A DNA stretch of 64,000 nt, from positions 1,674,001 to 1,738,000 of the forward strand of contig OZ024740.1 in assembly GCA_964016885.1 (NCBI GenBank), given 5' to 3'. Source of the stretch: Eledone cirrhosa (Eukaryota). The notes under the pieces were generated by a model. That model did no database searches, had not been told where the DNA came from, and saw only the letters and a list, made by a program, of their open reading frames with translations. Below are positions 13,068 to 25,760 of the stretch, piece by piece. Position 1 is the stretch's first letter, and the number at the start of each line of letters is the position of its first letter. The position numbers were made by a program, and so were the translations under genes.

Positions 13068-13248
13068 GGAAAAGTATGACCCCGACGGCAGAGCTCAAGC
13101 CATTTCGACAGTCCAGAAATAGCCGTCGAAACGGCTTGAGCTCTGCCGTCGGGGTCATACTTTTTCCTATTTCCCACTCTACTGCCCTAAGTATTGAGTA
13201 CTCTGGTGCGTTATGGTCCATCTGGTTCCTTACCACAATTCCTTTGTT
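13065..13248. mobile_element. (TA)n-flanked fold-back element B with the 3' half of a hammerhead
   Basis: Arms 13065-13109 and 13125-13170. The right arm reads GAAA-CGGC-loop-GCCG-TC-GGGGTC (stem III plus GUC triplet). CTGANGA is absent. Extension 13171-13248. Confidence 0.75.
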
Positions 13249-13253
13249 ATATA

Positions 13254-13558
13254 TCATCATTTCATTTTACGTCCACTTTTCCCTACTTGCAAGGGTGGGA
13301 CGAGAACTGATTCTGGCTTGATTTCTACAGCTGGATGCCCTTCCTAACACCAACCTCATTTACAGTGAGTGCTGGGTGCTTTTTTGCCGTGGCACCTCCA
13401 CGACCACTTTGCAGTGGAATGATAGGGACCCAGTCCCTATCATCTCATTTCTACAGCTGAGTAAACTGGAGCAATGTGGAATAAAGTGTCTTGCTCAAGG
13501 AAACAACACGTCACCCGGTCTGAGAATTGAACTCACAACCTTTTGATTGCAAGGCCAG
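13254..13558 (-). mobile_element. tRNA SINE with RTE tail (sister of 3813-4131, head truncated)
   Basis: Near-identical core, hairpin and tail. Confidence 0.88.
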
Positions 13559-13599
13559 GTGAAACTTGAACTGTTAAGGTCTCCTTCCTGGATATGTCA

Positions 13600-13700
13600 A
13601 TATTTATAAAACAAACTTTGTATTTTATCTGATGAGAGCATACCAAAGTCTTGGTATCCTTGAAATATATATAATAGAATAAATATGGTTTTATAAATAT
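13600..13700 (+). ncRNA. Complete minimal type-I hammerhead ribozyme (element E)
   Basis: Stem I TATTTTAT (13621-28) pairs with ATAGAATA (13674-81). CTGATGA at 13629-35. Stem II GAGcATACCAA/TTGGTATcCTT. GAAA at 13662-65. Palindromic stem III ATATATAT. AUA triplet ending at 13673. Outer helix TATTTATAAAAC/GTTTTATAAATA. Confidence 0.8.
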
Positions 13701-13847
13701 AGTTTTCATTTATTAATATCATTGATATTATACTCCAGAAAAGCTGTCGAGTGCTTCAAATCTGTTATAAATATATATATTTGTTGAATTACCAACAAAT
13801 TAAATATCCCTTTGCTTATATATATATATATGTATATATATTTTTTT

Positions 13848-13960
13848 AAAGTTTGTCTCTAGCCCATCAGGCGTGTACTTATCCTGGTTTCCGTGGCGTT
13901 AAGTGACTGAGAGTACAAGACTTCCCCTGGACAGGACACCTGTCCATCACAGGGTTAAAG
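13848..13960 (-). mobile_element. SINE 3' fragment (family of 4960-5152)
   Basis: Reverse complement resembles 5026-5145. Confidence 0.7.
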
Positions 13961-13966
13961 TTCAGT

Positions 13967-14013
<47 letters not shown>

Positions 14014-14469
14014 TAATCTTTATCTCCTTCCTTGCCTCTCTCAGCTATACTCCTCTTAATTTTCTAATCCATAATCCGTTGTAATATCTAAATATGATAT
14101 CTAGGTTTAAAAGTTATATTTAAGACAAAGCAATAAAAAGCTGACAGAAAATGTTTCTCAATAATATCTCAGCTGTTCAGTCAGACAGATTTTGGTTTTC
14201 TCTGTTGGAACTCTATAACATTGCTTTCTTAAGTCTACTTGTGCGTTTGTTACATGTTATCATAGTTTTAAGTCTTCACAAATGCTGTTACTACATGTTA
14301 AGATGGCTGTCTTTGTTCTATTGGAACTACATGTTTACATAGTTCTGTTACATCTACACAAGATCTGTTGCTACATGTTAAGATGGCTGTCTTTAGTCTT
14401 TGTTCTATTGGAACTACATGTTAACCTGGTTCCAAGTGATGCTGCTACATAGCATGGTTTGGTTGACCA

Positions 14470-14800
14470 TAATCATCGTTAATGTCCGCTGTCCTTGCTA
14501 ACAAGTGTTGGACAGGTCTACATACTTCAAGTTAGTACTGAAGCCGAGCTACTGATCTCTGACAGGCCAGGTCTCGCTTTCATACAGTCTCGTGTTCCAC
14601 TGAGGGCCCTCCCAACCCTTTGTTTGGCAAGATTTCTACATCTGGATGTCCTTCCTATCACCAACTACTTTACAGAATGTATTGAGTGTGTTTATCATGT
14701 AAATCACCAACACTAGTGAGGTTGTCATGTCCTTGATACAACACTTTGTCTGGCAAGCCTTCTATGGCTGGATGCCCTTCCTATCACCAACCACTTCATG
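14470..14800 (-). mobile_element. Degenerate RTE-tail/SINE fragments
   Basis: Two copies of CTGGATG(T/C)CCTTCCTATCACCAAC and a CAT-tail-like start. Confidence 0.55.
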
Positions 14801-15091
14801 ATGTGTTAAGAATTCATAAATTGTATTGCTACATATTAAGATGGCTGTCTCTAGTCTTTGTTTTATTGGAGCTACATTTTCACATGGTTTAGTTAAGTCT
14901 ACACAAGATCTGTTGAATTATAACATTGTTTTCTTAAGTCTACATCAGTTTTATTGCTACATGTTAAAATGTTTCTTTTTAAGTCGATATTCTTTTACTG
15001 TATTTTACCACAACCTTCCTTCAGTTAACCCCTGCCTATTGAGTGAGATTTGGTAGATGGGAACTGTTTGGAAGTCTGTCAGATTGACTGG

Positions 15092-15208
15092 ACCTGTAAT
15101 TTAAAGGGACAACCTTGTCGTACATATTGCACCTGCAATTTAAAGAGACAACCTTGTCGTACATATTGCACCTGCAATTTAAAGGGACAGCCTTGTCATA
15201 CATGTTGG
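15092..15208. repeat. 39-bp tandem repeat, 3 units
   Basis: ACCTGCAATTTAAAG(A/G)GACAACCTTGTCGTACATATTGC. Confidence 0.9.
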
Positions 15209-15312
15209 ATCTTCCTTAGACTTACATGTTAATTTCTTGAGCAGGCTATTTCTTTAATTGAACAACTTGAATACTCATCATTGAAACTGACAGAGGTCCA
15301 TTGGTTGTAGAG

Positions 15313-18300
15313 TGGTAAGGTAGGTTACAGGTGTGGTGAGGTAGGTTACAGGTGTGGTAAGGTAGGTTACAGGTGTGGTGAGGTAGGTTACAGGTGTGGT
15401 GAGGTAGGTTACAGGTGTGGTAAGGTAGGTTACAGGTGTGGTAAGGTAGGTTACAGGTGTGGTAAGGTAGGTTACAGGTGTGGTGAGGTAGGTTACAGGT
15501 GTGGTAAGGTAGGTTACAGGTGTGGTGAGGTAGGTTACAGGTGTGGTAAGGTAGGTTACAGGTGTGGTAAGGTAGGTTACAGGTGTGGTGAGGTAGGTTA
15601 CAGGTGTGGTAAGGTAGGTTACAGAGGAGGTAAGGTGTGGTAAGGTATGTTACAGGTGTGGTGAAGTAGGTTAGAGAGGAGGTAAGGTGTGGTGAGGTAG
15701 GTTACAGGTGTGGTAAGGTAGGTTACAGGTGTGGTAAGGTAGGTTACAGGTGTGGTGAAGTAGGTTAGAGAGGAGGTAAGGTGTGGTGAGGTAGGTTACA
15801 GGTGTGGTAAGGTAGGTTACAGGTGTGGTAAGGTAGGTTACAGGTGTGGTAAGGTAGGTTACAGAGGAGGTAAGGTGTGGTAAGGTATGTTACAGGTGTG
15901 GTGAAGTAGGTTAGAGAGGAGGTAAGGTGTGGTGAGGTAGGTTACAGGTGTGGTAAGGTAGGTTACAGGTGTGGTAAGGTAGGTTACAGGTGTGGTAAGG
16001 TAGGTTAGAGAGGAGGTAAGGTGTGGTAAGGTATGTTACAGGTGTGGTGAAGTAGGTTAGAGAGGAGGTAAGGTGTGGTGAGGTAGGTTACAGGTGTGGT
16101 AAGGTATGTTACAGGTGTGGTAAGGTAGGTTACAGGTGTGGTAAGGTAGGTTACAGGTGTGGTAAGGTAGGTTACAGGTGTGGTAAGGTAGGTTAGAGAG
16201 GAGGTAAGGTGTGGTAAGGTATGTTACAGGTGTGGTGAAGTAGGTTAGAGAGGAGGTAAGGTGTGGTGAGGTAGGTTACAGGTGTGGTAAGGTAGGTTAC
16301 AGGTGTGGTAAGGTAGGTTACAGGTGTGGTACGGTAGGTTACAGGTGTGGTGAGGTATGTTACAGAGGAGGTAAGGTGTGGTAAGGTATGTTACAGGTGT
16401 GGTGAGGTATGTTACAGAGGAGGTAAGGTGTGGTAAGGTATGTTACAGGTGTGGTGAGGTAGGTTAGAGAGGAGGTAAGGTGTGGTAAGGTAGGTTAGAG
16501 AGGAGGTAAGGTGTGGTAAGGTAGGTTACAGGTGTGGTGAGGTATGTTACAGAGGAGGTAAGGTGTGGTGAGGTAGGTTACAGGTGTGGTGAGGTATGTT
16601 ACAGAGGAGGTAAGGTGTGGTAAGGTAGGTTACAGGTGTGGTGAGGTATGTTACAGAGGAGGTAAGGTGTGGTAAGGTAGGTTACAGGTGTGGTGAGGTA
16701 TGTTACAGGTGTGGTGAGGTAGGTTAGAGAGGAGGTAAGGTGTGGTAAGGTAGGTTACAGGTGTGGTAAGGTAGGTTACAGGTGTGGTAAGGTATGTTAC
16801 AGGTGTGGTGAGGTATGTTACAGGTGTGGTGAGGTATGTTACAGGTGTGGTGAGGTGTGGTAAGGTATGTTACAGGTGTGGTGAGGTATGTTACAGGTGT
16901 GGTGAGGTATGTTACAGGTGTGGTGAGGTATGTTACAGGTGTGGTAAGGTATGTTGCAGGTGTGGTGAGGTATGTTACAGGTGTGGTGAGGTATGTTACA
17001 GGTGTGGTAAGGTATGTTACAGGTGTGGTGAGGTATGTTACAGGTGTGGTGAGGTATGTTACAGGTGTGGTGAGGTATGTTACAGGTGTGGTGAGGTATG
17101 TTACAGGTGTGGTAAGGTATGTTACAGGTGTGGTGAGGTATGTTACAGGTGTGGTGAGGTATGTTACAGGTGTGGTAAGGTATGTTGCAGGTGTGGTAAG
17201 GTATGTTACAGGTGTGGTGAGGTATGTTACAGGTGTGGTGAGGTATGTTACAGGTGTGGTGAGGTATGTTACAGGTGTGGTAAGGTATGTTGCAGGTGTG
17301 GTAAGGTATGTTACAGGTGTGGTGAGGTATGTTACAGGTGTGGTAAGGTATGTTACAGGTGTGGTGAGGTATGTTACAGGTGTGGTGAGGTATGTTACAG
17401 GTGTGGTGAGGTATGTTACAGGTGTGGTAAGGTATGTTGCAGGTGTGGTGAGGTATGTTACAGGTGTGGTGAGGTATGTTACAGGTGTGGTAAGGTATGT
17501 TACAGGTGTGGTGAGGTATGTTACAGGTGTGGTGAGGTATGTTACAGGTGTGGTGAGGTATGTTACAGGTGTGGTGAGGTATGTTACAGGTGTGGTAAGG
17601 TATGTTACAGGTGTGGTGAGGTATGTTACAGGTGTGGTGAGGTATGTTACAGGTGTGGTAAGGTATGTTACAGGTGTGGTGAGGTAGGTTACAGGTGTGG
17701 TGAGGTATGTTACAGGTGTGGTGAGGTATGTTACAGGTGTGGTGAGGTATGTTACAGGTGTGGTGAGGTATGTTACAGGTGTGGTGAGGTATGTTACAGG
17801 TGTGGTGAGGTATGTTACAGGTGTGGTGAGGTATGTTACAGGTGTGGTGAGGTATGTTACAGGTGTGGTAAGGTATGTTACAGGTGTGGTGAGGTATGTT
17901 ACAGGTGTGGTGAGGTATGTTACAGGTGTGGTGAGGTATGTTACAGGTGTGGTGAGGTATGTTACAGGTGTGGTGAGGTATGTTACAGGTGTGGTAAGGT
18001 ATGTTACAGGTGTGGTGAGGTATGTTACAGGTGTGGTGAGGTATGTTACAGGTGTGGTGAGGTATGTTACAGGTGTGGTGAGGTATGTTACAGAGGAGGT
18101 AAGGTGTGGTAAGGTAGGTTACAGGTGTGGTGAGGTATGTTACAGGTGTGGTGAGGTATGTTACAGGTGTGGTGAGGTATGTTACAGGTGTGGTGAGGTA
18201 TGTTACAGGTGTGGTGAGGTAAGGTGTGGTAAGGTAGGTTACAGGTGTGGTGAGGTATGTTACAGGTGTGGTGAGGTATGTTACAGGTGTGGTGAGGTAT

Positions 18301-18985
18301 GTTACAGGTGTGGTGAGGTATGTTACAGAGGAGGTAAGGTGTGGTAAGGTAGGTTACAGGTGTGGTGAGGTATGTTACAGGTGTGGTGAGGTATGTTACA
18401 GGTGTGGTGAGGTATGTTACAGGTGTGGTGAGGTATATTACAGGTGTGGTGAGGTATGTTACAGAGGAGGTAAGGTGTGGTAAGGTATGTTAAAGGTGTG
18501 GTGAGGTAGGTTACAGGTGTGGTGAGGTATGTTACAGGTGTGGTGAGGTATGTTACAGGTGTGGTGAGGTATGTTACAGGTGTGGTGAGGTATGTTACAG
18601 GTGTGGTGAGGTATGTTACAGGTGTGGTGAGGTATGTTACAGGTGTGGTGAGGTATGTTACAGGTGTGGTGAGGTATGTTACAGGTGTGGTGAGGTATGT
18701 TACAGGTGTGGTGAGGTATGTTACAGGTGTGGTGAGGTGTGTTACAGGTGTGGTGAGGTGTGTTACAGGTGTGGTGAGGTGTGTTACAGGTGTGGTGAGG
18801 TATGTTACAGGTGTGGTGAGGTATGTTACAGGTGTGGTGAGGTGTGGTAAGGTATGTTACAGGTGTGGTGAGGTGTGTTACAGGTGTGGTGAGGTGTGTT
18901 ACAGGTGTGGTGAGGTGTGTTACAGGTGTGGTGAGGTATGTTAGAGAGGAGGTAAGGTATGTTGCAGGTGTGTTAGAGGTGTGGT
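15313..18985. repeat. 21-bp G/T-rich satellite array
   Basis: Unit GGTGTGGT(G/A)AGGTA(T/G)GTTACA, with interspersed GAGGAGGTAA inserts. Confidence 0.97.
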
Positions 18986-19151
18986 AATAATGTAGTCATG
19001 TTTCATGCAGTGTCTGGGTAGCAAGGACTCACACTCTAAATATGAGGTTAATTAGTGCAGATAATTGAACAATTTATGTTATTAACATAACTGGTTTAAA
19101 CCAGTTAGTTTTATATTACTATTAAACATTTCTATAACGAGTTCTGTTTGA

Positions 19152-19322
19152 ACAAGACATGGTCACCTGATCTGTCTCTCAACAGGACAACTCATCTAAC
19201 CCATGCTAGCATGGGAAAATGGACATCAAGACATGGTCACCTGATCTGTCTCGTCTCTCCAGAGGACTACTTGTCTAACCCATGCTAACTTGAAAAAATG
19301 GACATTAAATGGTGATGATGTA
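19152..19322 (+). mobile_element. Two tandem RTE-type 3' tails
   Basis: AAGACATGGTCACCTGATCTGTCTC...TCTAACCCATGCTA...ATGGACAT occurs twice. Confidence 0.7.
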
Positions 19323-20111
19323 GTAGGTGATTGGTGATTTTTATCTATTATGCTAGTAGAGAAATGTGTTGTAGTCAGGATTTAAACTGCAAGTACAGAG
19401 AGACAAGGAATATTACAAAGTATTCTGATACCATTTCACCACCTTGGGAGGATGGTGGGATGGTGAGACAATGGTGGTGGTGGTGGGAAGATAGTGAGAT
19501 GATGATGATGGTGTTGGTGGTGGCAGGAGGACAGTGAGATGAAGGTAATAGAGATATAATGGGTCAAGAACCTGGATCTGAATCAAAGATCTTTTTTCAT
19601 GTTCTTCTGTCTTCAGCATTGAATAACTCTCTATTCCTCTGCCCTTCCTTCCTCTCTTCCTTTCTCACCTCCTTCTCTCCTTCCTCTCTTCTTTTCTCAC
19701 CTCCTGCCTTTCTTCTCCCCTCCTGCCTTCTCCCCTACCATCTTCAGGAACAATGACCTCCTTCCATACCTTAACGTTACCATAGACATTTCTTTTAAAG
19801 GAGAATTCTTACAACTTGCCTCAATCAATACCTTTCCTTATTTTTGACTGGTGTCTTAAATCATGAGTGGTTCATTTCTGTGTGGATGTGAAGGGGCTGA
19901 GCTGTTGCTTTGGGATATATATTGATTAATATCTGTTATCTTCAGAGGTGTTGTTGCTACTACTACTGATGTTGTTGTTGTGGTGGTAGTTGTGGAGGGT
20001 TTAAATATGGGATAATAGTGGTTACTGTAATTCATTTTAAATATTAAGACAGCATTTTAGCATCTTGTAACATCATTTTAGTTTATTCATGGAAACCTAC
20101 AAACACACACA

Positions 20112-20537
20112 CATCATCATCATCATCACCATCATCATCATTTTACGTCCGCTTTTCCCTGCTTGTAAGGGTGGGACAGGTCCTATTCAGCACAGCATCT
20201 CTCCTCTTGTCACGGTCCTTCGTCATCTCCTCCGTGAGCTTCAGCGACCTGAGGTCAGCTCTCACCACCTCCGCCCATGTTTTTCGTGGTCTTCTTCTAC
20301 TGGCATTTCTTGGCACTTCTTTACCCAGCAGCCGTCCTCCATGTGCATCACATGTCCATACCATCTCAGCCTTCTCTCCTGCACACCACAACTTACCCCA
20401 CTTATACACAGTTTCTCTCTCAACACATCTATGCTTGGTCGTTCACGCACATTGACATTGCACATCCAACGGAGCATGCTTGCTTCATTTCTCTCCAGCC
20501 ATCGCATATCCTCTGTAGTTGCAGCCCATGTCTCACT

Positions 20538-20538
<1 letters not shown>
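20112..20538 (-). mobile_element. RTE LINE 3' fragment (short-tail subfamily), frameshifted
   Basis: LERNEASMLRWMCNV...QERRLRWYGHVMHME...RPRKTWAEVV. (CAT)n tail. 5' end abuts (TA)n. Confidence 0.9.
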
Positions 20539-20580
<42 letters not shown>

Positions 20581-20703
20581 GGAGGTGAGTTTTATTGTAG
20601 TACAATAAAGCAATGCAGATATCGGATAAGAAGCACTCTACAGTTTGTAGGACTGGAGTATACATAATATAAGATCAAAAGATGGTTAAAGGAGTTCCAT
20701 GTA

Positions 20704-20770
20704 TTTTATTATGCGCATTTCAAAAACAAACATCATCATGCAATAATATTTGTGTTTTCATCAGATAAAA
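20704..20770 (-). ncRNA. Minimal type-I hammerhead ribozyme (left arm of C)
   Basis: Reverse complement of the 20878-20944 motif. Confidence 0.8.
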
Positions 20771-20877
20771 CAGGAGAACATATGAAGGCTAAAAAACACT
20801 TGTGGATAGTGCAAATATGTTGATTTAAAACTGCACTATCCACAAGTGTTTTTTAGCCTTCATATCATGTTCTCCTG

Positions 20878-20944
20878 TTTTATCTGATGAAAACACAAAT
20901 ATTATTGCATGATGATGTTTGTTTTTGAAATGCGCATAATAAAA
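20878..20944 (+). ncRNA. Minimal type-I hammerhead ribozyme (right arm of C)
   Basis: Stem I TTTTAT/ATAAAA. CTGATGA at 20884-90. Stem II AAAcACAAATA/TGTTTGTtTTT. GAAA at 20927-30. Palindromic stem III ATGCGCAT. AUA triplet ending at 20938. Confidence 0.82.
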
Positions 20945-21409
20945 TACATGGAACTCCTTTAACCATCTTTTGATCTTATATTATATATATATATATATAT
21001 ATTTATACAAATTTTAGTACAGCATATACGAAGCTTTAGTTTGCGGCCAAGCTAACGAATGCAAATTCGGTATGTAGCTTTAGCACTCGGATGGGGATAG
21101 TACCCCAGAGTAATAACAATATGTTTAGACAGCTTAGCAAATCAAATATAGCGATCGGCAGTCCAGCTGTATTACCACAGCAACGAAAATACAGGACTCG
21201 GGAAAATATTTTAGACTGACCTGGACAGAACGGTGGGACTGAATGGAATATATAATGCATATCGTATAGCACATGACATACATCACATACAGCACACAAT
21301 ATCAGCGTTAGGTTTCTGCAAATCCAAGATCGACAAATTCCGCTTTATATATATATTCTGTGTGAACATGTTTATGTATATATGTATATATATATATATA
21401 TAAGGGCAA

Positions 21410-21920
21410 AATGAGCCCAGCCTTCACAGTAAAGTAGTCATTTTGGTGCCAAGATAAAAAGCACTCAGTACTCACTGTAAATGTGGTTGGCATTATGAAG
21501 GGCATCCAGCCGTTAAAACCAAGCCAGAATCAGTATAAGTAAGACAGTTTTATCAGTATAATCTTTATATACGGTCATCTGATCTGGCTGGTCTCACATT
21601 AGGACAACACGTCTAACCCATGCTAGCATGGAAAAATGGACATTAAATGGTGACGATGATGAGGATGAAGGGCATCCAGCCGTAGAAAGCTTTCCAAAGA
21701 AACGGGAGGACCCTTCAGTTGTGTGAAAGAGATGTCATCCTCTGGTGGCCATTCTGTAATACAGGGGATATGTGAGATACAACATATATGAGATGCAGAC
21801 GCCATTCCCAGCTTGTCTGAGAGGTTAGTAGCCCCTATTCTGTACTGACATGGTCTAGACCCCCAAACCTTGCTAGCAGGGAGAGCAGGCATTAAATGAT
21901 GATGGCAGTGATGATGATGA
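21410..21920 (+). mobile_element. Cluster of degenerate RTE-tail SINE/LINE ends
   Basis: GAAGGGCATCCAGCCGT occurs twice, with two ...CATTAAATG(G/A)TGA tails. Confidence 0.6.
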
Positions 21921-22102
21921 TGGGGACCTCTTCTCTCTCCCACTTGTTATACTCACTCTCTCTCTCGCTTTACTCACACCACTACTCCCCCTCCCCTGTA
22001 AATATTTAAATGTCGGTAATTTCCTTTCATTTTGTTAAGCATTTCTAAACTAGTTTCAAATGATAAACAATTACCTCCAGCCATCTTCTTTTTATTTATC
22101 AT

Positions 22103-23818
22103 TACCCCCCCACTACTGGCACCACTACTACCACCACCACCACCACCACTACCACCACCACCACCACTACCACCACTAGCACTACTACCACCACCACCAC
22201 TACCACCACCACTACTACCACCACCACTACCACCACCACCACTACCACCACCACTACTACCACCACCACCACTACTACCACCACCACCACCACCACCAAC
22301 AATACCACCACCACCACCACCACCACCAACACCACCACCACCACCACCAACAATACCACCACCTCCACCACCACCACCACCACTACCACCACTAGCACTA
22401 CTACCACCACCACCACTACCACCACCACTACTACCACGACCACTACTACCACCACCACTACCACCACCACTACTACCACCACCTCCACCACCACTACCAC
22501 CACCACCACCACCAACAATACCACCTCCACCACCACCACTACCACCACCACTACCACCACCACCATCACCACCACCACTACCACCACCACCACCACCACC
22601 ACTACCACCAGCACTACCACCACCACCATCACCACTACCACCACCACCACCACCACCACCACTACCACCACCACTACCACCACCACCATCACCACTACCA
22701 CCAGCACCACCACCAGTACCACCATCACTACCACCACCATTCATTTCAATCATCATCATTATCACTACCCCCCCACTACTGGCACCACCACTACCACCAC
22801 TAGCACTACTACCACCACTACCACCACCACTACTACCACCACTAGCACTACTACCACCACCACCACTACCACGACCACTACTACCACCACCACTACCACC
22901 ACCACTACTACCACCACCACTACTACCACCACCACTACTACCACCACCACCACTACCACCACTACCACTACCACTACCACCACCACTACCACCACCACTA
23001 CCATTACCACCACCACTACTACCACCACCACCACCACTACTACCACCACCACTACCACCACCACCACTACAACCACCACCACCAATACCATCACCACCAC
23101 TACTACCACTACCACCACCACCACCACTACTACCACCACCACCACCACTACCACCACTCCACCACTCCCACCACCACCACTACTACCACTACCACCACCA
23201 CCGCTACCACCACCACCACCGCTACCATCACCACCACTATTACCATCACCACCACTACTACCACCACCACCACTACTACCACCACCACCACTACTACCAC
23301 TACTACCACCACCACCACTACTACCACCACTACCACGACCACCACTACCACGACCACCACCACCACCACCACCACTACCACCACTACTACCACCACCACC
23401 ACTACCACCACCACTACCACCACCACCACCACCACTACTACCACCACCACCACTACCACCACCACTATCACCAACACCACCACCACTATCACCACTACCA
23501 CTACCACCACCACCACTACCACCACCACCACTACCACCACCACCACTACCACCACCACCACTACTACCACCACCACCATCACCACCACTACTACTACCAC
23601 CACCACCACTACCACCACCACTACTACCACCACCACCACTACCACCACTACTATCACCAACACCATCACCACCACCACCACTATCACCACTACCACCACT
23701 ACCACTACCACCATCACCACCACCATCACCACTACCACCACCATCACCACCACCACCACCACCACCACCACTACCACCACCACCACCACCACCACTACCA
23801 CCACCACCACTACCACCA
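22103..23818. repeat. (CCA)n/(CTA)n trinucleotide array
   Basis: Direct reading. The block start CCCCCCACTACTGGCACCAC recurs at ~22106 and ~22768. Confidence 0.97.
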
Positions 23819-24102
23819 TTGCAGTGTAAGTCCATATTACATTATATTCACTATCAAAATTCTCTGGTTAACTGGTTTACAATGGTCATTTAGTTACAAT
23901 AGAAAAGGACAGGATATGTATTGAGTTGAAATAGGAAGCAGCTGTTGTTGCCAAAGCTCAGCTCACAGATTGGTGGAAGAAGAGTTAATACAGCAGCACA
24001 ATAGACAGCAGCACTCTACCATCTAGACAACTGTCATCTCTCTTCTCCTTAATTTAGAACTTTTTTTGATAATGATCCTATTGTTAAGTGGTCATATTTA
24101 GT

Positions 24103-25628
24103 ACCACCACCTCCACCTCCAGCACCACCTCCACCACCACCTCCACCACCACCTCCACCACCACCTCCACCACCAACAATACCACCTCCACCACCACCAA
24201 TACCACCTCCACCACCACCAACAATACCACCACCACCACCAACACCACCACCACCACCAACACCACTGCCTCCACCACCACCTCCACCACCACCTCCACC
24301 ACCACCTCCACCACCAACAATACCACCTCCACCACCACCAATACCACCTCCACCACCACCAACAATACCACCACCAACACCACCACCACCACCAACACCA
24401 CTGCCTCCGCCACCACCACCACCAACACCACCACCACCACCAACAATACCACCACCACCACCACCACCAACACCACCACCACCACCACCAACAATACCAC
24501 CACCACCACCACCAGCACCACCACCACCACCAACAATACCACCACCACCACCAACAATACCAACACCACCACCACCACCAACAATACCACCACCAACACC
24601 ACTGCCTCCGCCACCACCACCACCAACACCACCACCACCACCACCAACAATACCACCACCACCACCACCACCACCAACACCACTGCCTCCGCCACCACCA
24701 CCACCACCAACACCACCACCACCACCACCAACAATACCACCACCAACACCACCACCAACACCACCACCACCACCAACACCACCACCACCACCACCAACAA
24801 TACCACCACCACCACCACCACCAACACCACCACCACCACCAACACCACCACCACCACCACCAACAATACCACCACCAACACCACTGCCTCCGCCACCACC
24901 ACCACCACCACCACCACCAATACCACCACCACCAACAATACCACCACCACCACCACTGCCTCCGCCACCACCACCACCACCAACACCACCACCACCACCA
25001 CCACCACCACCACCACCAACACCACCACCACCAACAATACCACCACCACCACCACCACCACCACCAACACCACCACCACCACCACCAACAATACCACCAC
25101 CACCACCAACACCACCACCACCACCAACACCACCACCACCACCACCAACAATACCACCACCTCCACCACCACCAACAATACCACCACCTCCACCACCACT
25201 ACCACCACCACCACCACCAACAATACCACCACCACCACTACCACCACCACCACCACCACCAACAATACCACCACCTCCACCACCACCAACACCACTGCCT
25301 CCACCACCACCAACAATACCACCTCCACCACCACCACCACCATCACCACTACCACCAGCACCACCACCACTACCACCACCACCACCACTACCACCACCAC
25401 TACCACCACCACCACTACCACCACCACCATCACCACTACCACCACCACCACCACCACTACCACCACCACCACCACCACCACCACCACCACCACCACCACT
25501 ACCACCACCACTACCACCACCACCATCACCACTACCACCAGCACCACCACCAGTACCACCATCACTACCACCACTACCACCACCACCACCACCACCAACA
25601 CCACCACTACCACCAACACCACCACTAC
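24103..25628. repeat. (CCA)n array with CAACAATA and CTGCCTCCG variants
   Basis: Direct reading of the sequence. Confidence 0.97.
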
Positions 25629-25760
25629 AGTGTAGGTAATATATTCTAGCAAGAAACAACTTTGTAACATTCTACATATTTATTTCTACAGTCTGGAATG
25701 TATTAAATTTTAAATATTTCTGAGGTTTATATATATATATATATAGACATATATATATAT

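Larger units (their letters stand above)
20578..20984. mobile_element. (TA)n-flanked fold-back element C with two hammerheads
   Basis: Arms 20664-20813 and 20832-20984 (~150 bp, one 3-bp indel), 18-nt spacer, extension 20578-20663. Confidence 0.88.

Noticed and set aside
16784-18944. Long Cys-rich (CYRCGEV)n and (VVRYVTG)n ORFs resembling zinc knuckles or metallothionein
   Set aside because: Translations of a 21-bp satellite, open in two frames, with no unique coding flanks.
21974-25670. Poly-Pro/Gly/His/Thr/Val ORFs (extensin- or mucin-like)
   Set aside because: (CCA)n microsatellite, open in several frames on both strands.
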